Assembly (NCBI RefSeq): GCF_009914755.1
Contig: NC_060938.1
Length of the DNA stretch: 64,000 nt
Source of the DNA: the human T2T-CHM13v2.0 reference genome, Homo sapiens
Strand: one strand, 5' to 3'
Position 1 is the stretch's first letter. Each line of letters begins with the position of its first letter. Of the stretch, positions 40,094-52,745 are shown piece after piece. The notes below the pieces were generated by a model. That model saw nothing but the letters and a program-made list of their open reading frames with translations, was not told the DNA's origin and ran no database searches. Made by a program: the position numbers and the translations under genes.

Positions 40094-40469
40094 TATTCCA
40101 TGGTGTATACATACTATGCAGCCATTAAAAAGAATGAGATCGTGTCTTTTGCAGGGACACAGATGAAGCTGGAGACCATTATCCTTAGCAAACTAACACC
40201 GGAACAGAAAACCAAATACCACATGTTCTTACTTGTAAGTGGTCGCTAAATGGTGAGAACACATAGACACATAGTTGGGAACAACACATACTGGGGTTTT
40301 TCCAAGGCTGAAGAGTGAAAGGAGGGAGAGAACCAGGGAAAATAACTAATGGGTACTAGGCTTAATACCTGGGTGATGAAATAATCTGTACAACAATGCC
40401 CATGTTACAAGTTTACCTATGTAACAAACCAGCACTTGTACCCCTGAACTTAAAATAAAAGTTAAAAAA
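40094..40469 (+). mobile_element. Short L1PA13-16-like 3' end with a 17-nt 5' inversion
   Basis: atactatgcagccat...cttaaaataaaagttaaaaa, preceded by tattccatggtgtatac. Confidence 0.88.
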
Positions 40470-41949
40470 TACAAATTATGTTCTATAACTAGAATGGAAT
40501 TAAACCAGATATTGAAAATAGAAACATAGCCGAAAAAATTTTGAATATTTTAAGTTCTATCAAAATGCTTCTAATCCCTTGGGGAATAAGCAGATTTCAG
40601 AGAATATTATAAAATATTTTGATTTTAATGAAATTAAAAATACAACATTTCCAAAGTTGTTAGACACAGCTTAATCAGAAATTCAAGGGAAAATTGTAGC
40701 ATTAAATGCTTATGAAACAAGAAATATCTCCGGTCAATGATCTTAGCTTTCATGTCAAGAATCTAAAAAATATAAATGAGCAAATTAAGACCAAACAAGG
40801 TATGAGTAAGGATATTTTAAGCAAAAGAGAAAAAAATCAATAAATTTTTAAAAAGAAAAAGAATAGTGAATTTCAGTGAAACCAAACTCTGATTCTTTGC
40901 AAAGATTGTTAAAATTGATAAACCTCTAGTAAGAATAAACAGGAAAAAAGATAAAAATTTCCCATATGAGGAACGAACACAGAAATACAACTATAAATGT
41001 TCTAGGCAGTAATGTAAGCAAAAATTTCTGACAACATCATGTTCATATGTTCCACAAATTCCTTGAAAAAAAATACAAACTACTAAAGGTCACTCAAGAA
41101 CCAATAGATTATCTGAATGTTTCTCTCTTTTGATGAAATTAAATTTGCAGCCAAAATGTTTACAACCAAGGAAACTGCTAATCTAAATTACTTCACTGGC
41201 AAATTTGCAGACATTTAAGAGAAAACTATATAAATTTAAAGAAATTCCTCTGGAAAATACTACTCAAATATCAAAATCAGACAAATAAGGCAAAAGAAAC
41301 TGCATTGACTTAAACAATCCTCAACCAAATATTAGCAGGTCAAATGTTGTAATATATAAAAAGGATAATACATTATAGCTGATTTCATTCAATGCTAAGT
41401 AGACAGGTTTTGTTCAACTAGATAAAAGGAATCTATCAAAAAGGACAAGAAGAGAATGTTAAAGTGAAGGAGGAAAAGGAAGAAGAAAATGGAGAACAAG
41501 GAGAAGAATAATTAAAGCCCTGACTACAACATACTTATTGGTAAAGGGCAGAATGCTTTATCTAAAATCAGAAACTAGGTAGTGACATCCATTTTCATTA
41601 CTCCTATACATCATCATACTAGAGATCCTATCCTATTCAATAAAGCAAGAAAAAGAATGGCAATACATACCATGTTTACAGTTTGAAAGACTCAATATTG
41701 TTTACAGGTCAATCGTCCACAAATTTATCTATAGATTTAAGGCAATACCAATAAAAAATCCTAGTAGTACCTTTTTTAGAAAAGAAATATCCAAGTTTAT
41801 ATGGAAAGGTAAACGAAATAAAAGAATCAAAGTAGTTTTGATGTAGAAGAACTAAGTTGGAGGTTTCACAGCATAGCATATGCACTAGTAGAAATCGTAA
41901 GAGAACATGGTGCAGTTGGAGAACAGAAGTTTTGTTATATGGCAGAATA

Positions 41950-44880
41950 ATTTGGTGAGGCTGACAGTTTTCAGTGCAATACCACTTGCATGCAGATGAC
42001 TTTAAAACCTGTATCTCCAAACTAGATTTTGCTTCTTAGCACCAGAATTACAGATTTATTACTTCTAAGTCAGCATTTTCCTCTCTGACAGACAAACCTC
42101 AGAGATACTGCAAATTTGTTTCCAGCCAGCAATAAAGTAAATATCTCAATAAGGTGAGTGAAGTATTTTTTTGTTTTCCAGTGTATATAAAAGTTTTTAT
42201 AATATACTACAGTCTCTTCAGTGTGTAATACCATTATGTCTAAAAAAATACAATGTACACACCTTAATGAAAGTTGGGGTGGCTATGGCAATTTACTAAA
42301 ATAAGAAACAGTGAAGTTTGGCACATCAATTGACTCTTCTTTCCACAAAAGATTTCTCTATAGCATGAGATGCTTTCTGACAGCATTTTATCCACAATAA
42401 ACATTTCTTCAAAATTTGAGTCAGTCCTCTCAAAACCTGCTGCTGCTTTCTTAGCTAAGTTTACATGATATTCTAAATCCTTGGTTGTCATTTCAACATG
42501 TTCATATTATCTTCACCAGGAGAGTATCAAGAAATATCTTTCTTTGCTAATCCATAAAAGTCAGTCCCCATTCATTAAAGTTTTATCATGAGATTTCAGC
42601 AATCCTAGTTATTTTGTGATTTCTACAACATCTGCAGTTACATTCTCCACTGAAATATTGAACCTCTCAAAGTCATCCAGGAGAGTTGGGATCTACTTCT
42701 TCCAAACTTCCATTAATGTTGATATTTTGACCTCCTCTAATGAATCAAGAATGTTCCTAATGGAATCTAGAATAGTGAATCATTTTCAGAAGGTTTTCAA
42801 TCAACTTTGCTCAGATTCATCAAAGGAATCACTATTTATAGCAGCCATAGCCTTATGAAATGTATTTCTTAATAATAAGATTTGACAGTCAAATTATTCC
42901 TTGATCCATGGGCTGCTGAATTGAAATTATGTTATCAAGCCTGAAAACAACATTATTCTCCTTGTACATCTTCATCAGAGCTCGTGGGTGACCAGGAGCA
43001 TTGCCAATGAGCAGCAATATTTTGAAGTGAATCTTTTATTCTGAGCAGTAGGTCTCAACAATGGGCTTAAACTGTCCTGTAAACCATGCTGTTAACAGAT
43101 GTGCTATCATGTAGAATTTGCTGTTCCATTTTTAGAGTGCAGGCAGAGAAGGTTTCACATAATTCTCAAGGGCTCTAGGATTTTCAGAATGGTAAATAAG
43201 CATTGGCTTTAACTTCAAGTCACCAGCTGCAATAGCCCCTAACAAGAGAATCAGCCTATCCTTTGAAGCTTTGAAGTAAGCCATTGACTTCTCTTTTAGC
43301 TATGAAAGTCCTAGATGGCATCTTCTTCCAATAGAAGGCTGTTTGTTTACATTGAGAATTTGTTGTTTAGTGTAGCTACCTTCATCTATGATTTTAGCTA
43401 GATCTTCCAGATGACTTGCTGCAGCTTCTACATCAGCACTTGCTGCTACAACTTGAGCTTTTATGTCATGGAGTTGGCTTCCTTTCTTAAACCTCATGAA
43501 CCAACCATAACTTTTGACTTTTCTTCTGTACCTTTTTCACCTCTCAGCTTTCAAAGTGTTAAAGAGAGTTAATGACTTTGCTCCAGTAACTTTTCCTTTG
43601 CATTCATAACTTAGCTAACTGTTGGGTACAAGAGGCCTAGCTTTGTCCTACCTTGGCTTTCAACATGCCTTTATCACTAAGCTTAATCATTGATAGCAAG
43701 CACTTAAGGGGCATTGCAGGGTTATTAATTGGTTTAATTTCAAAATTGCTGTGTCTCAGAGAATAGAGAGGCTTGTGGAGACGGAGAAAGACAGGAGAAT
43801 GACTGGTTGGTGGAACAGTCAGAACACACAAAACATTTATCAATTAGGTTCACAGTCTTATGAGGGTGCAGTTCATGGCACCCCAAAACAATGACAATAT
43901 TCACATAGAAGAACACTACTCATAGATCACAATAACAAATATAATGATGGTGAAAGAGTTCAAATATTGCAAAAATTTCCTAAATGTGATACAGAGACAC
44001 AATATGAGCACCTGCTGTTGGAAAACTCATGACAATTAGACTTGTTTGATGCAAGGTTACCACAAACCTTTAATTTATATTTAAAAAAGTAATCTGCAAA
44101 GTACAATAAAACTGAAATGCAATAAAACATGATATCCCTGTATCTCAACTCAGTATCTGTAAATCTTTGTCCAATCACCCTGCTCTCAACTTCTTCTTTT
44201 TCTATGTTCTCACTGTTGAAATTAGAGTATATCAAAACAAAAGCAGAGGAATAATTTTTTACTTCTCCCAATCTCCACATATTATTCTCCCTAATTTTAT
44301 TACTTTTATGTAAGCTCTAAGTTTGTCTTCTCTCCATGTGTCTCTCTTCCTTGTTTAGACCTTCACTGTTTTACTTATTTATTATAAATATTGATAGAAT
44401 TTTAACCTGCCTCCAGTCTTGTTTCCTCTAGTAATCTTTCTTAGTCATGTAATTCAATCTTCTATTTAGACACCAGAACGTGCTTGTGTTTGTGCATGTT
44501 TTTATATTATTATAAAATACTACCCTACAACTCTGAATTTTAAAATCTCTCAATAGAGTACATTCTTTTTCCAAACACAATTTGTGTCATGGCATAAAAT
44601 ATCCTTTATGATAAAATTCCTGTCCACATTTTGATGGTTCACTTCTTGTGCTTGCTTATATTATATCAATACTGAACTATACCCCATTTTTTTGTTGTAC
44701 CATAAGCTGGGCTTTTACACCATATGTTGAATTAATCCTCTTCCTAGAACTGTTTTCTTTTTTCTTCATTATTTCATTGTCTAACATGTCCTCATATTTC
44801 AAGCTACAGCTCAGTTTGTACTATTTTGAAAGTCTCCTATACTTCCCTAATATGAACTTTGATCTAAATGGTCTGTAACA
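41950..44880 (+). mobile_element. L2 remnant split by Tigger1
   Basis: catgcagatgactttaaaacctgtatctcc to the left of Tigger1; pyrimidine-rich L2-like continuation after 44140. Confidence 0.55.
42089..44140 (-). mobile_element. Tigger1 DNA transposon, both ends present, internally deleted, dead transposase
   Basis: Termini cagacaaacctcagagata and aataaaacatgatatccctg followed by TA; ORF fragments [28 protein letters not shown] and [28 protein letters not shown]. Confidence 0.93.
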
Positions 44881-44899
44881 ATTTAGATGGTTTTCTAAG

Positions 44900-45030
44900 G
44901 ATATTGATTAATGACTCTGAACTTAAATTTCTTCATCTGCAAATGAAAAGATTCTTCCATGAAGAAATAACTCTGAGAAGTTAAATGAATATGGATTATA
45001 AAGTTGTAAAGTTTCTAATGTGGTGCATGA
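44900..45030 (+). mobile_element. MIR fragment
   Basis: ctctgaacttaaatttcttcatctgcaaatg. Confidence 0.55.
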
Positions 45031-45139
45031 TGTTTTCCAGTGGCAAGGATAAAACTGGAAATAAAGCTTTTAACAGAAAAGTTCTAGGAAATTGTGTGTT
45101 CAAACAGCCAGAAAATGTAGCTGTGGTTTGCTATGGGGC

Positions 45140-45630
45140 CATATATTGGAGATAACACTGTCAAAATCTATGTTTAAAAAGTTTAATTGAAATCATAACA
45201 TTGGATAAAACTATTGAAAGAAATTGTGTGCGTGAAAATGGCAAACCCAAAACAGAATTAATTATAGAACTGGAAGGGCAAGACAGGAAGTGAATAGAAG
45301 TATCATGGATAATAATAGCTATGAAAAAATAGACAAAAAAATAGGAATCAGGAGAGTCCAATCTCTTAGAAGATTGGGGAGAACAGAATTTCAATAAAAA
45401 TAGAAGAGAAAATAGTATCAGAAAATGATGAATGGTCAAGGAAGAAAAAAGCAAAGAAGAACATTAGTTTTCGCAAATAGAATACTGGTGACTTTGGTCA
45501 TGCTTTGTTAGGTAGGGATGCCCAATATGTGAATGAATCTGCTTAAGAAATGAATAGGGCTTGAAGGGTTGGAGACAGGCTTACAAAATTTTTACTACGA
45601 AAGAGATGGTGGAAATGCAATGCTAGCCAG
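45140..45630 (-). mobile_element. L2 fragment
   Basis: Purine-rich, tggtgactttgg motif. Confidence 0.4.
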
Positions 45631-46415
45631 GGAGACAACAAATGAAAAATGTTTTGTTTGTTTGTTTTAGAAAGATCTATTCAATTTCACAAATTGGAAA
45701 GAGATTATGTTGTACATAAAGTAAATTAAATGAATGTATGGCATTAATACCATTTAACTTAAATCCTAAGATTCTTCACTGACAATTTTAGATTTTGTTG
45801 TTTAGGACTCACTGCATTTTTTTCTTCTTTTTGTTGTTGTTTTTTAAACCTCTTTCATACACCTGAAATACTACTTCAAGAGTATGCACACAGTTTCATA
45901 TTTGGAAATTGGTCTTGAACTTTCTGAAGACTTTCAAATTTATAAGATGACTAAACATCAAAAACATATATTGTTTGTAAAAAAAATTTCTTGCATGATT
46001 TTCATAGCTGAAGAAGGAAGTGATTGCTAATATATTCCAGAACAATCTTGTATCACATGGGCCAAATTCTCAAATAGAAGGTTTGAGGAGTTTTCTAAAG
46101 TCTAGAATAGCAAATTAAACATTATATAAAATATAATTCCACATGTCATCACAAAAGAGATTAGCCTCTGGAACATGTTCTTGCCCAGGCCTTGGTAAAT
46201 GTGTAGAAGTGATGAGACCAGACTGTTCATAGTGAAAATCAAACATGTTATCAAAGCTTAGGATCTTTATATTTGTTTGGCAGCTTATGTCTCTGTTGTA
46301 GGAAGTGCCACTTAAATTCAAAACACTAAATATGATTACATTTAACAAAGAGGTTGAGGTTGTCATTTTCATTTTACCTGAAAATGTAATATAGGAAGGC
46401 TGAAATTTCTGTAGA

Positions 46416-46582
46416 GCAGTTTGTCAAATTTTAATGTGAGTATAAATCATCTTTGGAATCTTTTAAAATACAGATTCTGTTTCAGTAGGTATGAAGTAGG
46501 GCCTTAAATTAGTTACTTCTAATAATCTCCCAGGTGATGTCAATCATTTTGACCTTTGGGCCATACTTTGTAAAGCAACAGG
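46416..46582. mobile_element. MER5 (hAT-Charlie) MITE
   Basis: aaaatacagattctgtttcagtaggt...ttctaataatctcccaggtgatg...ccatactttg. Confidence 0.8.
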
Positions 46583-46740
46583 CTAATACATCTTGAGTAT
46601 CTAAATGTCAGCAATCTGTACAAATGTAATAGAATACATTCAAAGAGGACAAAACTATGAAGGAACAGTATTTTTAAGTCTCTTCCTACTGTTTTCTACG
46701 TCCCAGCCCTGCTAAAGCACATCTATAATATGCCTAATAT

Positions 46741-46757
46741 GCCACCAGGTGGAGTAG
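46741..46757 (+). promoter_or_regulatory. Candidate CTCF motif
   Basis: gCCACCAGGTGGAGTA versus core CCASYAGRKGGCRS; motif match only. Confidence 0.35.
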
Positions 46758-46798
46758 AGCTATGAATTCCAAAAGCCTGTTTAAGAATAAATAAAAGA

Positions 46799-47555
46799 TT
46801 GCCATTCTAACTGGTGTGAGATGGTATCTCATTGTGGTTTTGATTTGCATTTCTCTGATGGCCAGTGATGGTGAGCATTTTTTCATGTGTTTTTTGGCTA
46901 CATAAATGTCTTCTTTTGAGAAGTGTCTGTTCATGTCCTTCACCCACTTTTTGATGGGGTTGTTTGTTTTTTTCTTGTAAATTTGTTTGAGTTAATTGTA
47001 GATTCTGGATATTAGCCCTTTGTCAGATGAGTAGGTTGCAAAAATTTTCTCCCATTTTGTAGGTTGCCTGTTCACTCTGATGATAGACTGGATTAAGAAA
47101 ATGTGGCACATATACACCATGGAATACTATGCAGCCATAAAAAATGATGAGTTCATGTCCTTTGTAGGGACATGGATGGAATTGGAAATCATCATTCTCA
47201 GTAAACTATCGCAAGAACAAAAAACCAAACACCGCATGTTCTCACTCATAGGTGGGAATTGAACAATGAGAACACATGGACACAGGAAGGGGAACATCAC
47301 ACTCTGGGGACTGTTGTGGGTTGGGGGGAGGGGGGAGGGATAGCACTGGGAGATATACCTAATGCTAGATGACGAGTTAATGGGTGCAGCACACCAGCAT
47401 GGCACATGTATACATATGTAACTAACCTGCACATTGTGCACATGTACCCTAAAACTTAAAGTATAATAATAATAAATAAAAAATAAAAAATAAAAAAAGA
47501 AAAGAAAAACAAAGAAAAGAAAAATAAAGCCTAAAGATCAATAACTCAAAAAAAA
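46799..47555 (+). mobile_element. L1PA2/3-like insertion, 5'-inverted, with a short 3' transduction
   Basis: Antisense ORF2 at 46799-47082, sense from 47080 through the 3' UTR; 16-bp TSD AAGAATAAATAAAAGA at 46783-46798 and 47556-47571. Confidence 0.95.
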
Positions 47556-47754
47556 AAGAATAAATAAAAGAAAGAAAGAAATCATAAATATATCTCAATT
47601 CACAATCTTGAGAATAATTTTATTCACAATCTTGGTAAAAACTGGCACAGAGGTTCTCAAGGTGCTATTTTTCTCATCCACTACATGTTTTAACTAATGT
47701 ATAAATTATAATTTATTGGACAAACTTCATTCCAATTCCATTAATGACAACAAC

Positions 47755-47920
47755 AATGTTACCGATTCTGTACTAAGCTATTTCAGTAATAATACTGCAA
47801 GGAAGACAATATAATTATTTTTACTTTACAGATGAGGAAATTGGGAAATGGAGATGGCCAATGGCTTTCCTAAGATCTTACACCTAGTAAAGAGGAATGA
47901 TTGATCTAAAGGCTCAGTAT
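47755..47920 (-). mobile_element. MIR
   Basis: ctttacagatgaggaaattgg...cctaagatcttacacctagtaa. Confidence 0.75.
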
Positions 47921-47939
47921 GTCATGGCAATGAAATTGT

Positions 47940-48830
47940 ATTTTATTCTGTAGGGTATGGGAAATGAAAGATGAATTCCTGTTTTTAAAAGGTCATTCTG
48001 GGTGCTGTTTGGAGGATGATTTGAGACAGAGAAAGAAAAGAGGCAGGAAAATCAGTGAGGCAGTTATTAAATAATCCAAGTAGAAACAGTAAGGCTGGAA
48101 CAAATGACTTGACTGAATATGGGAGAAACACTCATATTCTGGGGATACTAGGAATTTAGGTAAGACTGGATGGCTGATTGGTCCCAAGATGTGAAGATAA
48201 AACAGACATCAAAGATGACTGATGTCTTCTGTGGGCAACTAACTATATGTTGGCAGCCTGCATGCTGAATTGTTATAAGAAGACCAGTTACGGGTTGGAA
48301 AAGATGGGGAAATAGCAATGATCAGTAAAGCTTTAGACATGCTAGAATTAAATTTGCCTCTGAGACTCAAATATAAATATCCAGTGAAGAGTGTGATATA
48401 AGTGTCTGGGACTCAGAGGAAAAATCCAGTTGACTGGCAGATTTAAGAATCAACAACAGGAATATGGTAGATGTAGATACTGGATGTAAATGAAATCACC
48501 CAGAGATAATTTAGAGACTATAAAAAAAATTGTTCGAAGACTGAACTACCAACATGTCTGATGTGAGGGTCCAATACCCTGTAAAAATTACATAAACGCA
48601 AAAAAATTAAGAGCGGAGAACATTTCAAAAGGAGGTTGTCAGCAGTGTTAAATTTTGAGTCAGATGATCATTTTAGGTAAGATTAAGCTATGGTAACTAG
48701 AAAATTTTTGTCTGTTATTAATTGCAGGCAGCTGACAGATGCTATATTGAAGTGGAATAAGGAATAACTGGAATGACAGACTGTTGGGACCATGAATATT
48801 AACTACTAATTGCAGCTATAACAATGGAAT
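47940..48830 (-). mobile_element. L2
   Basis: aggaaaatcagtgaggcagttattaaataatcca...catcaaagatgact...ttagacatgctag...atataagtgtctgggactcagagga. Confidence 0.75.
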
Positions 48831-48897
48831 AGCAAGTAAAAGACTATTTAAGATAGTAAAAACCTGTGTGTGTATGTGTGTGTGTATGTATGTGTGT

Positions 48898-49410
48898 TGT
48901 CAAAGAAAAATTGCATCTAAAGAGTTATATAGGCAAAGAAGACTTTATTCAAGTCTCTTACAATAAGGGGTCAAGATTATTGCAGTAAGGGAGAGAGACT
49001 GAACAGAAAGACACTGAAAGAAAACACAGGAGCGTTTTTAAATACTTGGGTAAGCTAATGGAAAAACACTGGAGGGCATTAGGAGGAGGTTGGTCAATAA
49101 GATGAAGCCATCTGCATTTGTTAATTGGCCCTTAAATTAAGCTCCTACTTTCCTCCAGACACTGGGAAATAGAGGCCCTGTTATTATCTTTTTTGATTAT
49201 AACACTTCAAAGAAATGGTCCCCAGATCCTTGAAAAAGACATTTCTGTATGGCATAAGATTTACATCTCAAAGGAGAAAGGAAAGAATTTGTAATGGTAA
49301 GTTTTCTAAGTCAAATGCTCTACAAAAATAGAGGTAGGGATCCAATAGTCAGAAAGAGTTATGTCTCAAGTTTAGTTGGGCTGAGGGAAATCTTAAGGTG
49401 GTCTTGGACA
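48898..49410 (-). mobile_element. ERV1 solo LTR (MER67/MER31-like) inserted in a TG tract
   Basis: tgtcaaagaaaaattgca...gactttattcaag...gtcttggaca; 4-bp TSD gtgt/gcgt. Confidence 0.75.
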
Positions 49411-49905
49411 GCGTATGCGTGTGTGTACAAACTAAGACGAGACATCTTAAGCTAAGGGACTAGTACCTGGGTGGAAAGTTCTTTGGAGTGAGTTTTCAGA
49501 GGAAACAAGACGGTGTGGGGGTCAAGATTTGGCAGGATAAGAACAATCTATTTCTTTATGTTTGTAAGAAAGCACGAGAGTGGGTGCCAATATAGTGACT
49601 TTTATCTAAAAAGGCAGAGGAAGTTCCCAGTGATGAGCCTAAAAATGATTTTACTCCAATCGTAATCTATACTTAAGTGTGAACCTATTTAAACTATTTC
49701 CTAAATTCTGAGATCATGTAGAAAGAGACGAAGGTTTTAGACGAGAAAAAAAGAGATAATTTTGCAATTAGAGAGATGTCTGATAGATGGAATAACTTTA
49801 TAAAGCCCTAGGACAAGATGGAAGAGCAGGTAAGTAAGAAAAAGGAAAACCTTACAGGAAAAAATAAGGAATTTACAGGAAAAATGAATTAGTTAATTCA
49901 AAATA

Positions 49906-50758
49906 TATGAGGCTGAAATAAATCAGAATATTTTACTGCAAAATATGTTTCTTTGACATGTTTTGAAATGGCTGCTGCAGAGTCAGCAAACAGAAGTGGC
50001 CTTGCAAATCTGTCTTTGTGGGGAAAATTTGTATCTTTAGAGAATCTCCATTAATATAACCATGCCTCTCCTTTCTATTTATTTCTGGGATCCAGGAGAG
50101 ATTGAGAGTCTGACATGTTTAAAAGTCTGAAAAGAAACATTTACCATCTGTTCTCTCTGAGGGAAGCTTCATCTACATAACAGTGCCACCTTTGATAGTC
50201 AAGCTTCTCCCTTACTTTCCGTGATAACCCATTTTGCCAATAAACCTGATTTATCAACATAACCTGCTTGGAGCCATGCTCTGTGTCTGCATTCTTTACT
50301 GTGGCCTCAGGTATTGTAAACCAAAAAGTATCTGAGATAAATCTCAATCAATTTGGAAGTTTATTTTGCTAAGGTTAAGAACATGTCCATGGCATAGCCC
50401 CAGGAGGTGCTGACAACGTGGACCAAGGAGGTCAGGCTACAGCTTGGTTATACATTTTAGGGAGACATAAGACATCAATCAATACATGTAAGATGTACAT
50501 TGGTTTGGTCTGGAAAGGTGGGACAACTCAAAGTGGAGGCTTCCAGGGTATAGATGAATTCATAGATTTTTTGATTGGGAACTTGTTGAAAGAGTTTGTC
50601 TAAAGACCTGGAATCAATAGAAGGGAGTATCTGGTTTTATTCAGAAGCTCCTGTGTATATACATTAAATAAATATGATTGCCTTCTCTCTTTTTAATCTA
50701 CCTGATGCCAGTAATTTTTCAGTGAGCCTTTAGGGGTTCAATAGCCATGGCCCCCACA
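49906..50758 (+). mobile_element. MER39/MER34-like ERV1 LTR, interrupted by MER4
   Basis: caaaatatgtttctttgacat...gtctgaaaagaaacatttaccatct...ggcccccaca. Confidence 0.75.
50315..50637 (-). mobile_element. MER4A/B-like LTR, partial
   Basis: tgtaaaccaaaaagtatctgaga...catacagc-like gctacagcttggttatacattttagggagacat. Confidence 0.8.
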
Positions 50759-51184
50759 TGACCAACTAAGTGTAACCAGACTATGTGCAGGGAACATATA
50801 TGGCTAGGAGAGAGACAGACAAGCAATGAACAACAGATTGTGCAAAACAAAAAAAAAAATCATTTGGTTATATTGGGATGAGGGTTACATAACAGAAGAG
50901 GATAAGAGAGCAAGTTTTTTTCCTATAACTGAGTATTATACCTTTGCTTCCCATCAGAAGAGAAAATAAACCTGTTAAGCTGGAAAAAAGCAATAGCTGT
51001 TTAAAAAAAAAATTGACCAAGCCCCTGACTTCTCCTTAAGCCTTCTTATACTGATTATCCTATGCCCATCACTCTGCAAGAACAGCACAGATCTGTGAAA
51101 GAAAAAGAACTAGCTTCATTTAATTAAACAATTTCTTTTTCTGCTGTTTCCCTCCTTCTTGTCGCTGAGTAATGTAAGAGCAGG

Positions 51185-51350
51185 ACAGAAGTAATTCAGG
51201 AAACTAGCATTTTGATTATGTCACTAAATAATGTGTAACTTTCTACAAATTACCTAGGTTATTTGTACTATAGTTTTGTTATCTGTAAAATCAGGTGTGG
51301 GCTAGGATGTTCTCTAACGGAACCTTTCATGTCCGAAACTTTGTGGTTCT
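51185..51350 (+). mobile_element. MIR3-like fragment
   Basis: gtcactaaataatgtgtaact...atctgtaaaat...gctaggatgttctctaa. Confidence 0.55.
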
Positions 51351-52202
51351 TGCTATCTACATATCTATGTATTAGTGCTGCCCCATGATACCTTCAAAGA
51401 AGAATCTGCTTTTCTAAATATAGTACTTGTACCTAAGAACACTATGAAGACTATAACGTAATAAATTAAAATTAGGTTGTAAATATTTCAGTCCTTTTGT
51501 TAACCAGTATTTCAACCAATAATCACTAAAATTTTTTCCTTCCTTCTTTTTAGTCTCCTTATCTTTGAATAAAATTTGAAATGCGTCTGTTTCAGCCTAT
51601 GCCACCTAAAGATTTTAATTTTCACAGAACAGATGAGACTATATTTTCTGGTGTTACTCTTTTAACCAAACACTGGATGAATATAAAAATCCCTACCAAA
51701 ACTGTGTACAAAGTAAATATAAATGTTTTAATGTTGGTAACGGTTTAACATAAAATCTTCTGTGAATTCACTACACAGGTTTAAAAAACAAGAAATGAAA
51801 ACAAACAAACAAACAAACAACCAGAAAACCCAAATCAAAGCAAACCAAAAAAAACCCTTGAAGAATTAGCATAAATCATCAAACATGGTTTGAGTGTCCT
51901 TTGTAACAGTAGATTACAAGGGGGTTAGTTAAAAATAGATAAAATAATAAATCCAGAAGAAAATTCTGTTCCTTTAGGAATCAAGAAAATAAGTTTTAAC
52001 ATGGTGGGCACATTCAATCCACTCTATTGCTCTAGGTTGTAGACCCATGAGAGGAGTATGAAGGCATGACAAGCAAGCTTCAGAGGCTGCGATCACTTAT
52101 GATCGTGCAGCTAGAAAGATTAAAAACAAGGCGTCCCTGAAGGGCTCAGAGTGGAAGACAGTGAAGGAAATAATTTGTTGAAATTGTTTAAGAACCTTTC
52201 CT

Positions 52203-52580
52203 AAGAAAACAAGCAAGCAAGAAAGAAAGAAAGAAAAGGAGAGAGAGAAAGCAAGAAAGAAAAGAAAGCAACAAAGAAAGAAAGAAAGGAAGGAAGGAGA
52301 GAGAAAGAGAAAGAAAGAGAAAGAAAGACAAGAGAAGAAAGAAAGAAAGAGAAAAGAAAGAAAGAAAGAAGGAAGGAGACAGAGAGAAAGGAAAGAAAGA
52401 AAGAAAAAAGAAAGAAAGAAGAAAGAAAAGAAAGAAAGAAAAAGAAAGAAACAAAGAAAGAAAGAAGGAAGGAAGGAGAGAGAGAAAGAGAAAGAAAGAA
52501 AGAAAAGGAGAGAGAGAGAAAGAATGAAAGAATGAATGAAAGAAAGAACGAAAGAAAGAAAAAAGAAAGAAAGAAAGAAA
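52203..52580. repeat. ~378-bp GA-rich (GAAA/GGAA/GA)n tract
   Basis: Nearly pure purine on the + strand. Confidence 0.97.
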
Positions 52581-52745
52581 TTAGCTGGGTATGGTGGTGT
52601 GAGACTGTGGTCCCAGCTACTCAGGAGGCTGAGGTAGGGGGAAGTTCTGGAGCCCAGGAGGTCAAGGCTACAGTGAGCCATGTTCGTGCCACTGCCCTCC
52701 ATCCTGGGCAACAGAGTAAGACCCTGTATCAAAAACAAAACAAAA
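52581..52745 (+). mobile_element. AluJ right monomer
   Basis: ttagctgggtatggtgg...gagcccaggaggtcaaggctacagtgagccatg (J diagnostics). Confidence 0.9.

Noticed and set aside
52097-52738. 213-aa minus-strand ORF, the longest in the track
   Set aside because: Antisense Alu plus a stop-free CT-rich repeat, giving a low-complexity F/L/S peptide
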